From positions 6,067 to 70,066 of the forward strand of contig JAHFGV010000005.1 of NCBI GenBank assembly GCA_023247255.1: DNA of 64,000 bases, written 5' to 3'. Position 1 is the stretch's first letter; every line of letters starts with the position of its first letter. Below, piece after piece: positions 61,436-64,000 of the stretch. A model generated the notes under the pieces. That model searched no databases and had not been told where the DNA came from. It saw only the letters and a list, made by a program, of their open reading frames with translations. A program made the translations under genes and the position numbers. This DNA is from Candidatus Omnitrophota bacterium. GTDB taxonomy: Bacteria > Omnitrophota > Gorgyraeia > Aquiviventales > Aquiviventaceae.

Positions 61436-62384
61436 GCGTCGCATACCGCTCACGAACCAGCTCCAGCAAGCGAGGGCCTTCGGTTACACGCTGGCCTCCC
61501 AGGGTCCGCTCAATCCGCTGGTGTTCCGCGGCCGCCTTCGCCGCCAGGATGGCATGCTGGGGTGTCCGGTAGAGCTTCCGTGCAAGGCCGCACCACCTCA
61601 TGGCCGCGATGAGCCATTTGCTGGGATCCCAGTGATACCACCGCACCCCGTTGCGGTAGTCGCTGGCGAAGCGATGGTGGAAGTTGTGGTAGCCTTCGCC
61701 GTTGGTGATGAGCGCCACCAGCCAGTGATCGCGGGCCGTGGCGTCGATGTCATAGGTGGCTCTGCCGAAGACGTGGCAGACGGAATTGATGCACCAGGTG
61801 GAGTGGTGGACGAAGGTGAGCCTCCCCACAACCCCCAAGAGGAAGGCGCCTAAGAGATGATCCGTCGCGGCGCCGATGGCCAGTGGCACCAGCACCCCGG
61901 CGGTGATGGCCCATAACAAGTAGTAGCGGTGCTGATGCATGACCAGGGCGTCGGCCTGGAGGTCCTTGACGTTGCTGTAGTCGGGCGCGGAGCGCCAGAA
62001 CAGGAGCCACCCCCAATGGGCGTGCCAAAAGCCCTGCTTGATGTTGTAGGGATCACGTTCCGTGTCGACATAGCGGTGATGATCGCGATGAAGGGACGAC
62101 CACCACAGGGCTGACTGCTCGAAGGCGGCCGCCCCGAAGAAGAGGTTCAGGAGCGTCACGAGGGGATGGGCCTGGAACGAGCGATGGGCGAACAGACGGT
62201 GGTAGCCGACGGTGATACTGCAGCCCGTCAGGATGACGAACGCTAGAAATAAGCCCCACTCCGCGCGGGAAATGCCGACCCGCATGGCGTACCACGGCAG
62301 CGCGGTGAGGCTTACCAGCAGCAACGTCCCAAAGAAGCAGAGGTTGACCACATTGACTGTTCGAACCATACGAACGGGTGACAT
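61233..62384 (-). CDS. Membrane fatty-acid desaturase (acyl-lipid/acyl-CoA delta-9-like) with a C-terminal extension
   Basis: His boxes HRLFAHRSF, HRDHHRY, HNFHHRF. N-terminal TM pairs. Confidence 0.8.
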   Translation of the reverse strand: MSPVRMVRTVNVVNLCFFGTLLLVSLTALPWYAMRVGISRAEWGLFLAFVILTGCSITVGYHRLFAHRSFQAHPLVTLLNLFFGAAAFEQSALWWSSLHRDHHRYVDTERDPYNIKQGFWHAHWGWLLFWRSAPDYSNVKDLQADALVMHQHRYYLLWAITAGVLVPLAIGAATDHLLGAFLLGVVGRLTFVHHSTWCINSVCHVFGRATYDIDATARDHWLVALITNGEGYHNFHHRFASDYRNGVRWYHWDPSKWLIAAMRWCGLARKLYRTPQHAILAAKAAAEHQRIERTLGGQRVTEGPRLLELVRERYATLKAALYEWERWEKEYRRLRETLSEASQTSLLTLKEQVAAKRLACREARRVWIALLTSHPLLARAAQV

Positions 62385-62532
62385 CTCTCTGGGGCCTCCG
62401 GCTGTGGGCCTGATCGGCCGTGTGTTGCGCTTGATCCCACATGTTCTCTGGATCCGCGCATGTTGTCCATGATCGCGGTCATGGTCAGGGCCAACGGCGA
62501 TGGAGACAATCTTTCCGAGAGGAGGATCTTAC

Positions 62533-63255
62533 ATGCGTAGAAACGCTTTACTGGTCGTGGGGGTTGCGGTTGGGATGCTCGGTATCCAACCGGCGGATGC
62601 GGCGGAAGGAGAGGGTGTGGGAGGGACGATCGCCGGGCAGGTGCAGTTTGCAGGAACACCGCCGGCCCGCGCGCCGGTGAAGATGAGCGCGGATCCGACC
62701 TGCCAACAGAAACACGCAGAGCCGGTATTGTCAGAGGACGTTATCGTCAACGATAACGGAACGCTCCGCAACGTGTTCGTCTACGTCAAGGAGGGTCTGG
62801 CTGGATCATTTCCACCATCCACCACGCCCGTTGTGCTAGATCAAGATGGTTGCCGCTATCGACCGCGGGTGGTAGGCCTGCAGGTAAGCCAACCGCTGGA
62901 AATCCGCAATAGCGATTCGACGTTGCACAACGTGAACGCCAAACCCAGCACCAACAAGCCCTTCAACCTGGCTCAGCCGGTGCAAGGAATGAAAACCACC
63001 AAAACCTTCAGCTCTCCAGAAGTGATGGTGGAGTTCAGATGCAACGTCCATCCATGGATGCGGGCCTATGTCGGTGTGGTAGCGTACCCTTTCTTCGCGG
63101 TGTCGGATGAGACCGGCGCATTTGGTATCTCCGGCCTGCCGGCGGGGAGCTACACGCTCGAGGCCTGGCACGAGGTCTACGGCACGCAGTCCCAGACGGT
63201 CACGGTGGCGGCGGGCCAGAGTGCGTCTGTCACGTTTTCGTTTTCCGCCAACTAA
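62533..63255 (+). CDS. Exported cupredoxin-like protein (type-1 copper C-x2-H-x2-M motif) with a C-terminal carboxypeptidase-regulatory-like beta domain
   Basis: RBS aggagga. Signal peptide. CNVHPWM motif. Confidence 0.45.
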   Translation: MRRNALLVVGVAVGMLGIQPADAAEGEGVGGTIAGQVQFAGTPPARAPVKMSADPTCQQKHAEPVLSEDVIVNDNGTLRNVFVYVKEGLAGSFPPSTTPVVLDQDGCRYRPRVVGLQVSQPLEIRNSDSTLHNVNAKPSTNKPFNLAQPVQGMKTTKTFSSPEVMVEFRCNVHPWMRAYVGVVAYPFFAVSDETGAFGISGLPAGSYTLEAWHEVYGTQSQTVTVAAGQSASVTFSFSAN

Positions 63256-63340
63256 TCTGGGCTGGCGTAGTCAGCCAACCTCAATGATCTCCATCATGGA
63301 AGTCCTGGAGGGATAGTTGTATTATGTGAATTTAGCGTAA

Positions 63341-63988
63341 ATGAGCATGGGGGCGTTTCCGAAAGAGACCGCGCCTCTTGAACAGACGGAGGTACGGCGA
63401 ATCGGTCCGGACCTCTACGCGGAGGCTCTGAACCGATTCCGGACGTTGCTTGAGCGCGCACAGCGCTGCGGCCTGCCGGAACCGACGGCCATAACGCTGG
63501 CAACGACCGATGGCCAGGGATACCCATCGGACCGGACCGTGCTGCTGAAAGCTGTCGATGAGCGAGGCTTCGTGTTCTACACGAGCCTGGCGAGCCGGAA
63601 GGCGCGACAGCTTGCCGCCAATCCACAGGCCGCACTGTGCTTCTTCTGGCAACCCCTCATGGAGCAAGTGCTGGTTGAAGGGGCGGTCGAGCAGGTCTCT
63701 GACGAGGAAGCGGATGCGTATTGGGCGTCCCGGCCACGCACGCACCAGCTTGGCGTCTGGGCGTCGTGGCAGTCCAGTCGGTTAGACGGTCCGAGGACCC
63801 TGGACCTGCGTTGGGTGGAGCAAGCGCTGAGATTCTTGGGGCAGCCGGTGCCGCGGCCCGCCTATTGGAGAGGATTTCGCGTCGTGCCGCACCGTATCGA
63901 GTTCTGGAAACGTCGCGCGGCTCGCTTGCACGAGCGCGTGTACGAACGGCACGAGGCTCAGTGGACCAAAGCGTGGCTTGCTCCATGA
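63341..63988 (+). CDS. pdxH: Pyridoxamine 5'-phosphate oxidase
   Basis: C-terminal RIEFWKRRAARLHERVYER typical of PdxH. Confidence 0.85.
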   Translation: MSMGAFPKETAPLEQTEVRRIGPDLYAEALNRFRTLLERAQRCGLPEPTAITLATTDGQGYPSDRTVLLKAVDERGFVFYTSLASRKARQLAANPQAALCFFWQPLMEQVLVEGAVEQVSDEEADAYWASRPRTHQLGVWASWQSSRLDGPRTLDLRWVEQALRFLGQPVPRPAYWRGFRVVPHRIEFWKRRAARLHERVYERHEAQWTKAWLAP

Positions 63989-64000
63989 GGACGATTTATC

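Overview
GC-rich bacterial window; GC was judged by eye and not computed. Almost all genes are on the + strand, and I saw no rRNA and no CRISPR array. The window runs in this order. (1) Pyrimidine genes pyrD-pyrF-pyrE. (2) An isolated complex I membrane-arm module, nuoJ-K-L-M-N. (3) A complete F1Fo ATP synthase operon, atpZ/I-B-E-F-H-A-G-D-C, with a type II toxin-antitoxin cassette inserted between atpG and atpD. (4) An ArsB/NhaD-type permease. (5) A decayed mobile/accessory segment of about 5 kb between tRNA-Val and tRNA-Asp. It holds tRNA 3'-end duplications, an alpha/beta hydrolase, an IS5-family transposase with apparent internal frameshifts, a tyrosine-integrase C-terminal remnant, a RelE/ParE-RHH toxin-antitoxin pair and a zinc-ribbon transposase fragment. 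(6) A Crp/Fnr regulator with repeated ATGAC-N4-GTCAT palindromes. (7) A large c-type cytochrome / electron-transfer cluster: hemA; a multiheme cytochrome c followed by a 686-aa outer-membrane beta-barrel, which together look like an MtrA/MtrB-type porin-cytochrome pair; a Rieske/cytochrome b complex with a roughly 9-heme cytochrome c; an ImcH-like roughly 7-heme membrane cytochrome; a CbcL-like multiheme-c/cytochrome-b fusion with an apparent frameshift; and System II cytochrome c biogenesis genes ccsB and ccsA. (8) feoB, a small Cys-rich ORF and a DtxR/FeoA regulator. (9) tatA, then a periplasmic Tat-exported NarG/NxrA-like molybdoenzyme alpha subunit of about 1151 aa with a NarH/NxrB-like beta subunit and a NarJ/TorD-like chaperone. 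Upstream of alpha is a diheme-c/EB_dh-like candidate gamma subunit, and the operon also carries unusual accessory ORFs. (10) A full molybdenum-cofactor biosynthesis set (moaA, moaC, moaB/mog, moeA, mobB, moaD, moaE, mobA) together with tatC. (11) A convergent fatty-acid desaturase, a cupredoxin-like exported protein and pdxH. Intergenic regions, and one coding region inside pyrD, carry several families of small palindromic MITE/REP-like elements. Taxonomic placement is uncertain; the gene content is compatible with a Nitrospirota-like or a deltaproteobacterial-like organism. The best candidates for a novel system are the porin-cytochrome / bc / ImcH-CbcL-like supercluster and the atypical periplasmic Nxr/Nar-like operon with its dedicated Tat and Moco genes.
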